32,000 nucleotides of DNA from Candidatus Saccharimonadota bacterium (GTDB lineage Bacteria; Pseudomonadota; Gammaproteobacteria; Enterobacterales; Enterobacteriaceae): NCBI RefSeq assembly GCF_012571795.1, contig NZ_CP046222.1, positions 360,819 through 392,818 on the forward strand. The letters are read 5' to 3'. Below, in pieces: positions 12,929 through 23,453 of the stretch; the stretch's first letter is position 1, and every line of letters begins with the position of its first letter. Position numbers and translations under genes: made by a program. The notes below the pieces were generated by a model. That model saw nothing but the letters and a program-made list of their open reading frames with translations, was not told where the DNA came from and did not search any database.

Positions 12929-13643
12929 GATCCTCTAAACAAGATACTAATCCTATATCTCCAGATTTAATAATAGTATTATTATTTAATATATGTACAT
13001 AATCTGGTTTAATATAATTTAAAATACGTTGATAATGTGTAATAATAATAAATGATCTTTTTTTATTTCTCATACTATTAATAATAGTAGCAACTTTTTT
13101 TAAAGCATCAATATCTAAACCAGAATCAATTTCATCTAAAATACATAGATTTGGTTCTAATACTAACATTTGTAATATATCATTAATTTTTTTTTCCCCA
13201 CCAGAAAACCCAACATTAACAAAGCGTTGTATAAATGCTTTAGATTTACCTATAATTTTTAAATTATTGTTAATGATATCTTTAAAAATAAACCTATCTA
13301 TTAATTTAAGATTTTTATATTTACGTATAGAATTTAATGCGTTATATAAAAATATATAATTCGTAACACCAGGTATATCAGGTGAATGCTGAAAAGCTAC
13401 AAATAATCCTTCACAAGCTCTTATTTCTGGTTTCATATTTAATAAATCTTGATTTTTATATAAAATTTGTCCTTGTGGTATAATATATGAAGAATGTCCT
13501 GCTAATACATATGATAACGTACTTTTACCTGAACCATTAGGTCCCATAATGACATGGATTTTACCTGGTTTTATATGTAAATTTAAGTTTTTTATAATAT
13601 TTTTTTTATTAATATTAACGTATAAGTTTTTTATTATTAACAT
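12903..13643 (-). CDS. sufC: Fe-S cluster assembly ATPase SufC
   Basis: The 246-aa ORF has Walker A GPNGSGKST, the ABC signature FSGGEKK, and Walker B ILDEIDSGLD. Confidence 0.95.
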   Translation of the reverse strand: MLIIKNLYVNINKKNIIKNLNLHIKPGKIHVIMGPNGSGKSTLSYVLAGHSSYIIPQGQILYKNQDLLNMKPEIRACEGLFVAFQHSPDIPGVTNYIFLYNALNSIRKYKNLKLIDRFIFKDIINNNLKIIGKSKAFIQRFVNVGFSGGEKKINDILQMLVLEPNLCILDEIDSGLDIDALKKVATIINSMRNKKRSFIIITHYQRILNYIKPDYVHILNNNTIIKSGDIGLVSCLEDHGYDNIHR

Positions 13644-13673
13644 ATTATTTATATAATTTTATGTAAAATGATT

Positions 13674-15116
13674 TTAACCAATACTATTTTCTAAACTAAT
13701 AGATAATAATCTTTGTGCTTCAACTGCAAATTCTAAAGGAAAATTCAAAAAAATTTCTTTACAAAAACCATTAATAATAATTGAAATAGCATTATCAATA
13801 TTTAATCCTCTTTGTAAACAAAAAAATATTTGTTCTTCTCCAATTTTAGAAGTTGTTGCTTCATGTTCAACTTGTGAATTATTATTTAAAATATTTAATT
13901 TAGGATAAGTATGAGTGCTACATTTATCACCAATAAGAATAGAATCACATTGAGTAAAATTTCGAGCATTATGTGCTAGTTTGTCTATATGCACTATACC
14001 TCTATAAGTATTCTTGCTATTTTCTGTAGAAATACTTTTAGAAATAATAGTTGATTTAGTATTTATACCTAAATGTATCATTTTAGTCCCTGTATCTGCT
14101 TGTTGTAATCCATTAGTTAATGATACTGAGAAAAATTCTCCAATAGAATTATTACCTTTTAAAATAACACTAGGATATTTCCATGTAATAGCAGATCCCG
14201 TTTCAGATTGTGTCCATGACATTTTACTATGATTACCTTGACATAAAGCTCTTTTAGTAACAAAATTTAATATTCCTCCTTTTTTATTGCTACCCGAAAA
14301 CCAATTTTGTACAGTAGAATATTTAACTTTAGCATTATGATGTAAGATTACTTCAACAACTGCTGCATGTAACTGATAATTATTTCTAATAGGAGCCGAA
14401 CAACCTTCTATATAACTAACACTACTATTTTCTTCTGCAATTAAAATTGTACGTTCAAATTGCCCAATATTTTTTTCATTAATACGAAAATAAGTAGATA
14501 ATTCAATAGGACAATGGGTATTTTTAGGAATATAAATAAATGTACCATCTGAAGCAACAGCTGCATTCAATGCCGCAAAAAAATTATCATTAGCTGGTAC
14601 AACAGAACCTAAATATTTTTTAACTAATATTGGATAATTTTTAATAGCATCATTTAATGAACAAAAAATAATACCTTTTTTTAATAACATTTTTTGATGT
14701 GTAGTAATTACTGAAACAGAATCAAAAATTGCATCAACAGCTATATTTTTATTACTATTTACTGGTATATTTAATTTATCAAAAGTTTGTTTTACTTCAT
14801 GAGTAAAATATTTATCTTTTATATTATGAGATTCTTCATAAAATGGTGCAGAATAATAAATATAATTTTGATAATTTAAGTTTTTAAAATATCCATTTAA
14901 CCAATGTGGTTCAATACTATTAGACCAAGATTTATATCCTTTTAATCTGAAATCTAACATCCATTTAGGTTCTTTGCGTATATTGGATATATTATGAATA
15001 ATATTCAGATTAATACCTGAAATTAATTGTTCGTTTTTTAATTTTGTTATAAAACCTTCTTTATATTTTGGTTTAATATAATATTTCTGATCCTTATTAA
15101 ATATATTATTTTTCAT
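13674..15116 (-). CDS. sufB: Fe-S cluster scaffold protein SufB
   Basis: The ORF is collinear with E. coli SufB. Shared stretches include NFFAALNAAVASDGTFIYIPK, YFRIN...GQFERTILIAEE, YIEGCSAP, KMSWTQSETGSAITWKYPS and NFTQCDS. I place the start at the ATG at 15116, giving 480 aa beginning MKNNIFNKDQ. This start abuts the sufA stop and matches the homolog N-terminus. The longer 518-aa ORF would overlap sufA. Confidence 0.93.
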   Translation of the reverse strand: MKNNIFNKDQKYYIKPKYKEGFITKLKNEQLISGINLNIIHNISNIRKEPKWMLDFRLKGYKSWSNSIEPHWLNGYFKNLNYQNYIYYSAPFYEESHNIKDKYFTHEVKQTFDKLNIPVNSNKNIAVDAIFDSVSVITTHQKMLLKKGIIFCSLNDAIKNYPILVKKYLGSVVPANDNFFAALNAAVASDGTFIYIPKNTHCPIELSTYFRINEKNIGQFERTILIAEENSSVSYIEGCSAPIRNNYQLHAAVVEVILHHNAKVKYSTVQNWFSGSNKKGGILNFVTKRALCQGNHSKMSWTQSETGSAITWKYPSVILKGNNSIGEFFSVSLTNGLQQADTGTKMIHLGINTKSTIISKSISTENSKNTYRGIVHIDKLAHNARNFTQCDSILIGDKCSTHTYPKLNILNNNSQVEHEATTSKIGEEQIFFCLQRGLNIDNAISIIINGFCKEIFLNFPLEFAVEAQRLLSISLENSIG

Positions 15117-15117
15117 A

Positions 15118-15507
15118 CTAATTCTCTTTTGAATATTTAATATTAAAACTTTCTCCACAACCACAAAAATTTTGAATATTTTTATTATAAAATATAAATT
15201 TTTTACTAAATTCTTTAATTTGATAATCAATTATTGTGCCATCTATAAATAGAATATTTTTTTTTTGAATATATAAATCTATATTATTATTTTTAAACAT
15301 TATATATTTATCTGTTATATGTGATAATTTTATATAATATTTATAACCTAAACATCCAGATTTTTTTATATTTAAAATAATATTTTGTTTATTTAAAGTT
15401 TTATTTATGATTTTAATAAGTGCTATTTTAGCATTATTAGTTAAAAATAAACCTTGATAATTATTTTGATTACATTCTAAATGTACTAGTGTATTATTGG
15501 TATGCAT
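15118..15507 (-). CDS. sufA: Fe-S cluster A-type carrier SufA
   Basis: The 129-aa ORF has the A-type carrier cysteines (GCLGYKY and C-terminal FCGCGESF). It is the first gene of the suf operon. Confidence 0.9.
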   Translation of the reverse strand: MHTNNTLVHLECNQNNYQGLFLTNNAKIALIKIINKTLNKQNIILNIKKSGCLGYKYYIKLSHITDKYIMFKNNNIDLYIQKKNILFIDGTIIDYQIKEFSKKFIFYNKNIQNFCGCGESFNIKYSKEN

Positions 15508-15724
15508 TTAATTGATTATCCTAATAATTATATTATTTATTATATAATAATACTGTTATATACAATAACAAATTTATTATTTTTTAAATAATAAATATTA
15601 TTTAGTTATAAAAATTAATATTATAAAATTAGTAAATATTTCCATGTGATAAAAATTAACTTACAAATATTATTATAGATTTTAAATTATATAATATTTA
15701 AATATTATTTATTATTAATAACAA

Positions 15725-17272
15725 TTATTTTATAAAATTATTTATTGAAAACTGTTTCATTCTAAAACCTAATAAAAATAATGTAATTATATATATAATA
15801 AAAACAAACATACATATACTAAACATATATGTTATACGTGTTATAAATGTTGATAAAATTAACCATCTTTCTGAAATTATACTTTTAAAATATATTAATA
15901 CTATACTTAAGACAATAGTTACTATTAATATACGATATAAAAAATAGAACCATCCTGGTTGTGGTTTATAAATTTTATTTTTTAATAGTTTATAAAGTAA
16001 AAAAATGACATTTAAAAAAGCAGCTAAACATATTGCAATGGCAAAACCAATATGTTTAAAAAAATAAATAAATATTGGACTAATAAATTGAGTTATTATT
16101 AATACAAAAATAGAAACTCTTACAGGAGTAATAACATTTTGTCTAGCATAAAATGCTAATGCTAATACTTTAGAAACTATTAAAAATAACAAACCAAATG
16201 CATATATCATTAAATTATTTTGGGTCATTAAAATATCAAAATATGTAAATTGTCCATATTGAAATAGAGTAATTAATAATGATTTAGATAAAAAACCTAA
16301 AATTAAAGAACTAGGTATAATTAATAAAAAACATAAACGTAATCCAATATCTATTAAATGATTATATTCTTCTTCATTGTTTTTAGTATAAGCGTCTGTT
16401 AAGGATGGTAATAAAACAATTGTTAATGCTATACCAAACATGCCTACTGGTAATTCCATTAAACGGTCAGCATAATAAATCCATGTAATAGAACCTGTTA
16501 CTAAAAATGAAGCTAAACCTGAATTAATTAATAAAGAAATTTGTGTTGCAGATACTCCTATAATTGCTGTAGCCATTTTTTTAAACACTCTAATAACACC
16601 ATGACTAAGCATTTTTAATGTAGGTAATACTAGCATATTTATTTGTTTTAAATAAATTAATTGATATGCAATTTGTAAAAATCCTCCAAATAAAACAGAC
16701 CAAGCTAAAATTAATATAGGTGGTTGTAATACTACAGGAAAAATTAATATACAAATAATCATACTAAAATTTAATAATATAGGTGTTATAGCTGGAACAA
16801 AAAAATTTTTCCAAATATTTAATATTGAACTTGCTAAAGAAGATAAAGATATTAATAATATATAAGGAAATGTTATTTTTAATATTTTAGATGTTAATGA
16901 TAATTTATAATCAGTATTAACAAAACCTGGTGCTATTATTGAAATAATATATGATGAAAATATTATACCTAATAATACTATAGTTGTTAATATAATTAAC
17001 AATATACCTAATATTGAAGCTATAAAATGTTTTGTATCTTTTTCTGTTCTTGTATTTTTATATTCAGCTAATATTGGAGTAAATGCTTGTGAAAATGCAC
17101 CTTCTGCAAATATACGTCTTAATAAATTAGGTAATTTAAATGCAATAAAAAAAGAATCACTATAAATACCAGCTCCAAAAATTCTTGCAATAAGACTATC
17201 TCTAATGAAACCTAATAATCTAGAAAATAATGTTATTATACTAACAGTTGTTAATGATTTTAACAAATTCAT
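15725..17272 (-). CDS. murJ: Lipid II flippase MurJ (MviN)
   Basis: The 515-aa polytopic ORF has an N-terminus MNLLKSLTTVSIITLFSRLLGFIRDSLIARIFGAG...FKLPNLLRRIFAEGAFSQAF that is near-identical to E. coli MurJ. Confidence 0.93.
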   Translation of the reverse strand: MNLLKSLTTVSIITLFSRLLGFIRDSLIARIFGAGIYSDSFFIAFKLPNLLRRIFAEGAFSQAFTPILAEYKNTRTEKDTKHFIASILGILLIILTTIVLLGIIFSSYIISIIAPGFVNTDYKLSLTSKILKITFPYILLISLSSLASSILNIWKNFFVPAITPILLNFSMIICILIFPVVLQPPILILAWSVLFGGFLQIAYQLIYLKQINMLVLPTLKMLSHGVIRVFKKMATAIIGVSATQISLLINSGLASFLVTGSITWIYYADRLMELPVGMFGIALTIVLLPSLTDAYTKNNEEEYNHLIDIGLRLCFLLIIPSSLILGFLSKSLLITLFQYGQFTYFDILMTQNNLMIYAFGLLFLIVSKVLALAFYARQNVITPVRVSIFVLIITQFISPIFIYFFKHIGFAIAICLAAFLNVIFLLYKLLKNKIYKPQPGWFYFLYRILIVTIVLSIVLIYFKSIISERWLILSTFITRITYMFSICMFVFIIYIITLFLLGFRMKQFSINNFIK

Positions 17273-17482
17273 ATTATTCCTAATAGTAAAAATAATTTAT
17301 TATATATATAAATAATTTTAATTCAAATTTTAATATATAAAATGTTATAAAAATATATTATCTATATTTAAAATAATATATTTTTTTTAAATAAAAAATG
17401 TTTTTTTATAAAAATATATTTATATTAAAAATATATATGTTTTTTTATAAAAAAACATTTTTTAATAAAAAAGGTATTTTGC

Positions 17483-18070
17483 ATGATTATTCAAGAAGTA
17501 TCAAGAGCTAATTTACCAACAAACTGGGGATCTTTTATCATTATTGGTTTTGAAGAAATATATAATAAAAAAAATCATATTGCATTAGTTTATGGTATAA
17601 ATAATTTTAATAAAACTTCTGTTTTAACAAGAATACATTCAGAATGTTTAACAGGAGATGTATTTTCTAGTTTACGTTGTGATTGCGGTCCTCAGTTACA
17701 ACTGTCTTTATCAAAAATTACAAAAGAAAAATGTGGTATATTAATTTATCATAGACAAGAAGGAAGAAATATTGGTTTAATCAATAAAATTAAGGCTTAT
17801 TATTATCAAGATTATGGTTTGGATACTATCCAAGCAAATCATAAATTAGGTTTTAATAATGATGAAAGAAATTATATTATATGTGCAGAAATATTAAAAA
17901 TATTAGGTATATATAATATAAAATTATTAACTAATAATATGAATAAAATATACAGCTTACAACAAGCAGGAATTAATGTTATAAAACGTATACCTTTAAT
18001 TATTAAACCTAATCAATATAGTTTTAAATATTTATATACTAAAAAATATAAAATGGGACATATTTTATAA
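17483..18070 (+). CDS. ribA: GTP cyclohydrolase II
   Basis: The 195-aa ORF contains [23 protein letters not shown] (zinc Cys triad) and [18 protein letters not shown], and it ends with KMGHIL as in E. coli RibA. Confidence 0.95.
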   Translation: MIIQEVSRANLPTNWGSFIIIGFEEIYNKKNHIALVYGINNFNKTSVLTRIHSECLTGDVFSSLRCDCGPQLQLSLSKITKEKCGILIYHRQEGRNIGLINKIKAYYYQDYGLDTIQANHKLGFNNDERNYIICAEILKILGIYNIKLLTNNMNKIYSLQQAGINVIKRIPLIIKPNQYSFKYLYTKKYKMGHIL

Positions 18071-18081
18071 ATAAAAATATT

Positions 18082-19518
18082 TTAATTTAAATTATTTAAT
18101 TTTATGATATATAAATTATGTACATATGATAATATTTTTTTTAAAAATATTTTTTTTGTATTAGTAAGATGATTATTAACTAATAAATTATTAATTTGTT
18201 TAATATAATCTTTTATAAAATTTAAATCAAATTTGTTAAATATATATTGTTGCCATTGATTAATTTCCATACTATTTAATGTATGAAAAAAATGTCTAGA
18301 TCTATATTTAAAAAATAATATATTAGCTCTAGGATCTTGAAAAGGATATAATTTATGATTTTTATGAAAATATTGTTTTTGTATATAATTAAATTTTTTT
18401 ATATCTTGTTTAGGAAAAAAATTATTATATAATAATTTATCTACATTATAGATATTAATTGCATTATTAATATTTACATATTTTTTTTCTATAAAATTTG
18501 ATTTAATAAAATTTATAATTTTATCTAAGTTCTTTTTTAATAAAATAAAATTATTGAAGTAATATAAAATATTAAAATTTAAACGTTTAATATCTGTAAT
18601 ATTTAAAACTTTTAAAGGTACTATAATAGGAATTTGATTCATATTTATATATTTTATATATTTTATAATAAATTGTTTATTTACATGTTTTTTTTCTATT
18701 ATCTTATTTAAGAAATCTTTTATGTTATATGTTAAATCAAAAATAATTAAATTATTATTATTATATGGGTTAAAAAGTAATGGTACTACACAACCTACAC
18801 TATTATTAGTGTTTGTATAAATATTATTAATATGAATAACAGGGTATATATTATATATATTTATTATTTTATTTAATTCTGTTTTTAAACGATATTTAAA
18901 AAAATAATTAAATAATAAAGGTTGTTTTAATTTAATTAATTTAGTAATAGCTATAGTAGAATATACATCGGTTAAAGCATCATGTAATTTATCATGTATA
19001 GGAATATTATTAACTTCTATTATTTTCCCAAGATTAAAAATAGTTTTATTATCTTTTTTAGGCCAGTTGATTCCTTTAGGACGTAAAATATTACATGCTT
19101 TAACTAAGCGTAATATATCCCAACGACTATTATTATTTTGCCAAGACCAAGAATATGAATCATAAAAATTACGATAAAATAAATTTCTACTAAATTCATC
19201 GTCAAAAGAAATATTATTATAACCTAAAATACAGGTATTATTACGTGAAAAAATATTATAAATATTTTTAGCAAATATATTTTCACATTTACTATTATTA
19301 AGTATATATTGATAATCAAAATTATGAATAGTAATAGTATTAAGATTAGGCAAATAATCTTTAGATAATTTATTATATAAAATAATAGGTTTTTCTATTA
19401 TATCTAAATTAATATTTGTACGTATACAAGCAAATTGTGCAATACGATCATCTTGAGTATGCAACCCAAAAGTTTCATAATCATAAAATAAAAAACTAAA
19501 TTCATTTTCTTGTTTCAT
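18082..19518 (-). CDS. sbcB: Exodeoxyribonuclease I
   Basis: The 478-aa ORF has DEDDh exonuclease motifs FLFYDYETFG, ILGYNNISFDDEFSRNLFYRNFYDSYSWSW and HDALTDVYSTIA. It is collinear with E. coli SbcB. Confidence 0.9.
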   Translation of the reverse strand: MKQENEFSFLFYDYETFGLHTQDDRIAQFACIRTNINLDIIEKPIILYNKLSKDYLPNLNTITIHNFDYQYILNNSKCENIFAKNIYNIFSRNNTCILGYNNISFDDEFSRNLFYRNFYDSYSWSWQNNNSRWDILRLVKACNILRPKGINWPKKDNKTIFNLGKIIEVNNIPIHDKLHDALTDVYSTIAITKLIKLKQPLLFNYFFKYRLKTELNKIINIYNIYPVIHINNIYTNTNNSVGCVVPLLFNPYNNNNLIIFDLTYNIKDFLNKIIEKKHVNKQFIIKYIKYINMNQIPIIVPLKVLNITDIKRLNFNILYYFNNFILLKKNLDKIINFIKSNFIEKKYVNINNAINIYNVDKLLYNNFFPKQDIKKFNYIQKQYFHKNHKLYPFQDPRANILFFKYRSRHFFHTLNSMEINQWQQYIFNKFDLNFIKDYIKQINNLLVNNHLTNTKKIFLKKILSYVHNLYIIKLNNLN

Positions 19519-19554
19519 ATTTAAATAACCTTATTTTATAAATGTAAAAAAAAT

Positions 19555-19583
19555 TTGCATTAAATAAATATTATGCATAAAAT
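19555..19583 (+). promoter_or_regulatory. Candidate sigma70 promoter for tRNA-Ser
   Basis: TTGCAT (19555-19560), a 17-nt spacer, then TAAAAT (19578-19583), lying 16 nt upstream of the tRNA 5' end. The AT-rich background makes chance matches likely. Confidence 0.35.
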
Positions 19584-19599
19584 AGTACATCTATACTAT

Positions 19600-19687
19600 G
19601 GTGAGGTGGCCGAGTGGCTGAAGGCGCATGCTTGGAAAGCTTGTATATGTAATAAACATATCATGGGTTCGAATCCCTTCCTCACCT
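19600..19687 (+). tRNA. serW: tRNA-Ser (anticodon GGA), class II with long variable arm
   Basis: The sequence GGTGAGGTGGCCGAGTGGCTGAAGGCGCATGCTTGGAAAGCTTGTATATGTAATAAACATATCATGGGTTCGAATCCCTTCCTCACC is almost superimposable on E. coli tRNA-Ser(GGA). The anticodon loop is TTGGAAA. CCA is not encoded. The serW/serX assignment is by anticodon only. Confidence 0.9.
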
Positions 19688-19752
19688 AATTATTTTATTA
19701 TATTTTTAATAAAATGTTATGCTATTTTAAAAATTTACTAAATATATTATTC

Positions 19753-20319
19753 ATGTTAAATTTTACTAAAATAATAACCCATTATGGTTATTTAATGGTT
19801 TTTTTAGGTTCTCTTATAGAAGGTGAAACATTTGTTATTATAGCTGGATTATTAGCTAATAAAAATATGTTATCATTTTATAAAATAGTTATTATAGCAG
19901 TTATTGGATCATTTATAGGAGATCAATTTTTATTTTATCTAGGACAAAGATATAGTACACAAATTTTATATTTTTTAAATAAATATAATTTTAAAATTAA
20001 AAAATATTATAATATAATACGTAATTATCCTTATATTTTTATTTTAGTAATAAGATTTATATATGGATTAAGATTAGTTGGTCCTATTATTATTGGTATA
20101 ATTAATGTTTCTTTATTAGAATTTATTATTTTTAATATTATTGGTGCTATAATATGGGCATTTATATTTACTAGTGCAGGATATTTTTTTGGAGGTATTA
20201 TAACTACATTAATAATAGATTTAAATAAAATTATTAAATACTTATTATGTACAATAATTATATTATTTATAATTAAACTAATATATAAAAAATATATTAA
20301 AAAAAAAAATAGTAAATAA
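19753..20319 (+). CDS. yohD: DedA-family inner membrane protein (YohD-like)
   Basis: The ORF is collinear with E. coli YohD. Shared motifs include YGYLMVFLGSLIEGET, IGDQFLFYLGQRY, RNYPYIFILVIRFIYGLRLVGPIIIG and a basic C-terminus. I chose the ATG at 19753 (MLNFTKII...) by homolog N-terminus. An upstream in-frame ATG at 19714 is possible. Confidence 0.8.
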   Translation: MLNFTKIITHYGYLMVFLGSLIEGETFVIIAGLLANKNMLSFYKIVIIAVIGSFIGDQFLFYLGQRYSTQILYFLNKYNFKIKKYYNIIRNYPYIFILVIRFIYGLRLVGPIIIGIINVSLLEFIIFNIIGAIIWAFIFTSAGYFFGGIITTLIIDLNKIIKYLLCTIIILFIIKLIYKKYIKKKNSK

Positions 20320-20362
20320 AGTAATACTACTCTACTAGTCTCATATTAAAAACAGTTATTTA

Positions 20363-21844
20363 TTAAATTAATCTTTTAATAATTTGTATAATAGGTTCAG
20401 GATATAACCCAAATATTATTGTTAATATAGTTAGTAATAATAAAATAATCTCTATTAACAAAGTATTATGTGTTTTTTTAAATTTTTTATTTATATTCAT
20501 AGTATGAATTGTTGGAGGTATTAAATATAAACTTATAATAATACGTAAGTAATAATATAGACCAATAATACTACCTAATATCAGTATAAAAATCAAATAC
20601 CATATTCCCATATAAAGATTCAAATACATAATATAAAATTTTGCAATAAATCCTATAGAAATAGGTATACCAGCTAAAGAAAATAACATAATAGTTAATA
20701 TAAAAGCATACAGAGGATTATACCAAAACAATCCTCTGTAATTATAAATATTATCTGTATGATATTTATCATAATGACTTACATTTTGTGAATGTAAACT
20801 CATAACACCAAATATTCCTATATTATTAATAATATAACTAATAATATATATTCCAATTGTAGTTAATATTACAGTATTGTTTTGCAAATTTATTCTATTA
20901 TAAAGTAATATAGTTAATAAATAACCCATATGAGATATAGAAGAATATCCTAGAATACGTTTTATATTAATTTGTGTAAGAGCCATAATATTACCAAAAA
21001 TTATTGATAATATAGATAATAAAAGTAATATTTTATATATTATTATTTGATTTGTATAACTCATATAAAAACATATTAATAATTTATGTAATAATATAAA
21101 AATTACAGTTTTACTAAATGTTGATAAAAACATAGTAACTATAGTAGGAGAACCTTCATAAATATCAGGAGTCCATAAATGAAAAGGTACTATTGATAAT
21201 TTAAATCCTAAACTAAATAATATAAAACATATACCAATTATATCTAAATGAATATGATTATTTGAATTATACATATTTATCATAACATTTGTTAAATTTA
21301 TAAAATTTAAATTACCATATTCTATATATATTAATGAAATTCCTAATATTAAACATGATGAAGATATAATTGATAAAATAGTATATTTTATACTTGATTC
21401 TAAAGATTGTTTTGAACCAACATTATAAATAATTAATCCAAACATAGGTATAGAAATTAACTCTAGTCCTACTAACATAAGAATAAAATTATTTGTATAA
21501 TTTAAAACTATTCCACCTAAAGAAATAATAATAATTAATAAATAAAATTCATCTTTATTATGAATAAGTTTATTTAACCATGGATAAGCTATAATACATG
21601 TAATAATACTTATTAATAATAAAATTATTGAAAAAAAATTATAATAATTATTATAAACAAATAAATAATCATAATTAATATTGTTTTTAAAAACTAATAT
21701 AGAAATTATAGTTATAATTAAACCTATTATAGTTATAAAACAACTAATTAAATTATTACGTTTAATACTTATAGTAATAAATAATATAATAATTGTTGTA
21801 ATAATAGTAATAAATGGTGTAAATATTGTAATTGAATTTATCAT
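20363..21844 (-). CDS. nuoN: NADH-quinone oxidoreductase subunit N
   Basis: This is a 493-aa polytopic antiporter-like protein (ND2 family; FHLWTPDIYEGSPT motif). It is the last gene of a collinear nuo cluster. Confidence 0.9.
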   Translation of the reverse strand: MINSITIFTPFITIITTIIILFITISIKRNNLISCFITIIGLIITIISILVFKNNINYDYLFVYNNYYNFFSIILLLISIITCIIAYPWLNKLIHNKDEFYLLIIIISLGGIVLNYTNNFILMLVGLELISIPMFGLIIYNVGSKQSLESSIKYTILSIISSSCLILGISLIYIEYGNLNFINLTNVMINMYNSNNHIHLDIIGICFILFSLGFKLSIVPFHLWTPDIYEGSPTIVTMFLSTFSKTVIFILLHKLLICFYMSYTNQIIIYKILLLLSILSIIFGNIMALTQINIKRILGYSSISHMGYLLTILLYNRINLQNNTVILTTIGIYIISYIINNIGIFGVMSLHSQNVSHYDKYHTDNIYNYRGLFWYNPLYAFILTIMLFSLAGIPISIGFIAKFYIMYLNLYMGIWYLIFILILGSIIGLYYYLRIIISLYLIPPTIHTMNINKKFKKTHNTLLIEIILLLLTILTIIFGLYPEPIIQIIKRLI

Positions 21845-21892
21845 AAAGTTTATTTTTAATTTATAAAATATTATATAAAATATACATAATAT

Positions 21893-23383
21893 TTAATTAT
21901 AATATATATTGTTAATAATGTTATAAGAAATATTTAAAATTGGTTGTGGATAAAAACCTAATATTAATAGTAAGATTAATAAAAATAAAATTATTATTTT
22001 TTCTCTTATCATCATTTTATTTAAATTATGATTGATTATACAAGGACCATAAAAAATTTTTTGCATCATATTTAAAGAATAAATACTTGCAAATAATATA
22101 CCAAAAGTTGCAATACTAATTAGTATTGGATATTTATTAAAAGCACCTAATAAAATTAGAAATTCACCTATAAAATTTCCTGTACCTGGAAGCCCTAAAC
22201 TCGCTAAAGAAAAAAATAAAAATAATCCTGGTAAAAGATTTATAATTTTCCACAATCCTCCCATATTATGAATATTTCTTGTTTTTAAACGTTCGTATAT
22301 TTGGCCACATAAAATAAATTGAGCAGCAGCAGATATTCCATGAGCAATCATCTGTATTATTACACCTTGATATGCTATTTTACTATGACTATAAATACCT
22401 ATTAAAATAAATCCCATATGTGCAATAGAAGTATAAGCTATAATTTTTTTTATATCATATTGTGTACATGCCATCCATGATCCATAAAAAATATTAATCA
22501 TACCTATTAATATAGGTATAATAGCAAATTTTTCTGAAGTAATAGGACATAAAGGTAAAGCAAATCTTAATAAGCCATATGCAGCAGTTTTTAATAAAAT
22601 TCCCGCTAAATCTACTGAACCAGCAGTAGGTGCTTGGCTATGTGCATCAGGCAACCATCCATGTAAAGGAACTATAGGTATTTTTATAGCAAAAGCTATA
22701 AAAAAACATAACATAATTATATATTCTATAGTTAAAGATTTAGGTATATTTAATAATTGATTATATTCAAAAGTTAATATTCCTGTAGTTTTTTGGTGTA
22801 ATACTACTAGTATTAAAATACCAATTAATAAAAAAAAACCACTGATTTGTGTATAAATAAAAAATTTTGTAGCTGCTTTAATACGACTTAAATGATGGAT
22901 AGAATTATGACCCCATAAAGATATTAAAAAATACATAGGTATTAACATAATTTCCCAAAATAAAAAAAATAAAAACATATCTACAGATAAAAATACTCCA
23001 ATCACACTACTTAAAATCCATAATAAGTTTAAATGAAAAAGTCCATGCCATTTATTTATTTCATTCCAAGAACATAATACAGCTACTATGCCTAATATAC
23101 CAGTTAACATAATCATTATTATAGATAAACCATCTAATGCTAAATGAAAAGAAATGCCTAGACTTGGTATCCAAGATACTATGAATTCTGTATAACATAT
23201 TGGTAATATATTATGTATATGATAATTATGAGGATGAATTATTAATTCGAATAATGATAAACTAAATACTATAATCATAGATATTAAAGATAATAAACGA
23301 GGTAATTTATAGTTTATTTTTTCAATATACCAACAAATTAATCCACTTATAAAAGGAATTAAAATAAATAAAGGTAGTAACAT
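21893..23383 (-). CDS. nuoM: NADH-quinone oxidoreductase subunit M
   Basis: The 496-aa ORF has ND4-family motifs WEIMLIPMYFLI and LHGWLPDAHSQAPTAGSVDLAGILLK. Confidence 0.93.
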   Translation of the reverse strand: MLLPLFILIPFISGLICWYIEKINYKLPRLLSLISMIIVFSLSLFELIIHPHNYHIHNILPICYTEFIVSWIPSLGISFHLALDGLSIIMIMLTGILGIVAVLCSWNEINKWHGLFHLNLLWILSSVIGVFLSVDMFLFFLFWEIMLIPMYFLISLWGHNSIHHLSRIKAATKFFIYTQISGFFLLIGILILVVLHQKTTGILTFEYNQLLNIPKSLTIEYIIMLCFFIAFAIKIPIVPLHGWLPDAHSQAPTAGSVDLAGILLKTAAYGLLRFALPLCPITSEKFAIIPILIGMINIFYGSWMACTQYDIKKIIAYTSIAHMGFILIGIYSHSKIAYQGVIIQMIAHGISAAAQFILCGQIYERLKTRNIHNMGGLWKIINLLPGLFLFFSLASLGLPGTGNFIGEFLILLGAFNKYPILISIATFGILFASIYSLNMMQKIFYGPCIINHNLNKMMIREKIIILFLLILLLILGFYPQPILNISYNIINNIYYN

Positions 23384-23453
23384 AATTTTCCTAAAATTAT
23401 ATTGTTTAATATTAAAGTATACTATTTTAATTGTAATTTTTATATTAATAACA

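Noticed and set aside
8627-14232. Short antisense ORFs 8627-8833, 9563-9751, 10633-10833, 10903-11133 and 14014-14232 (also 21681-21866)
   Set aside because: Each lies antisense within a well-supported conserved CDS (pykF, sufS, sufB, nuoN). They have low-complexity products and no independent support.
15117-15230. 5' extension of the sufB ORF (518-aa version)
   Set aside because: The extension overlaps the sufA 3' end and has no counterpart in SufB homologs. The ATG at 15116 abuts the sufA stop and matches the homolog N-terminus.
15645-15660. Possible CRP site tgtgataaaaattaac upstream of sufA
   Set aside because: Only one half-site (TGTGA) matches, and the second half (TTAAC versus TCACA) is poor. 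A single half-site is expected by chance.
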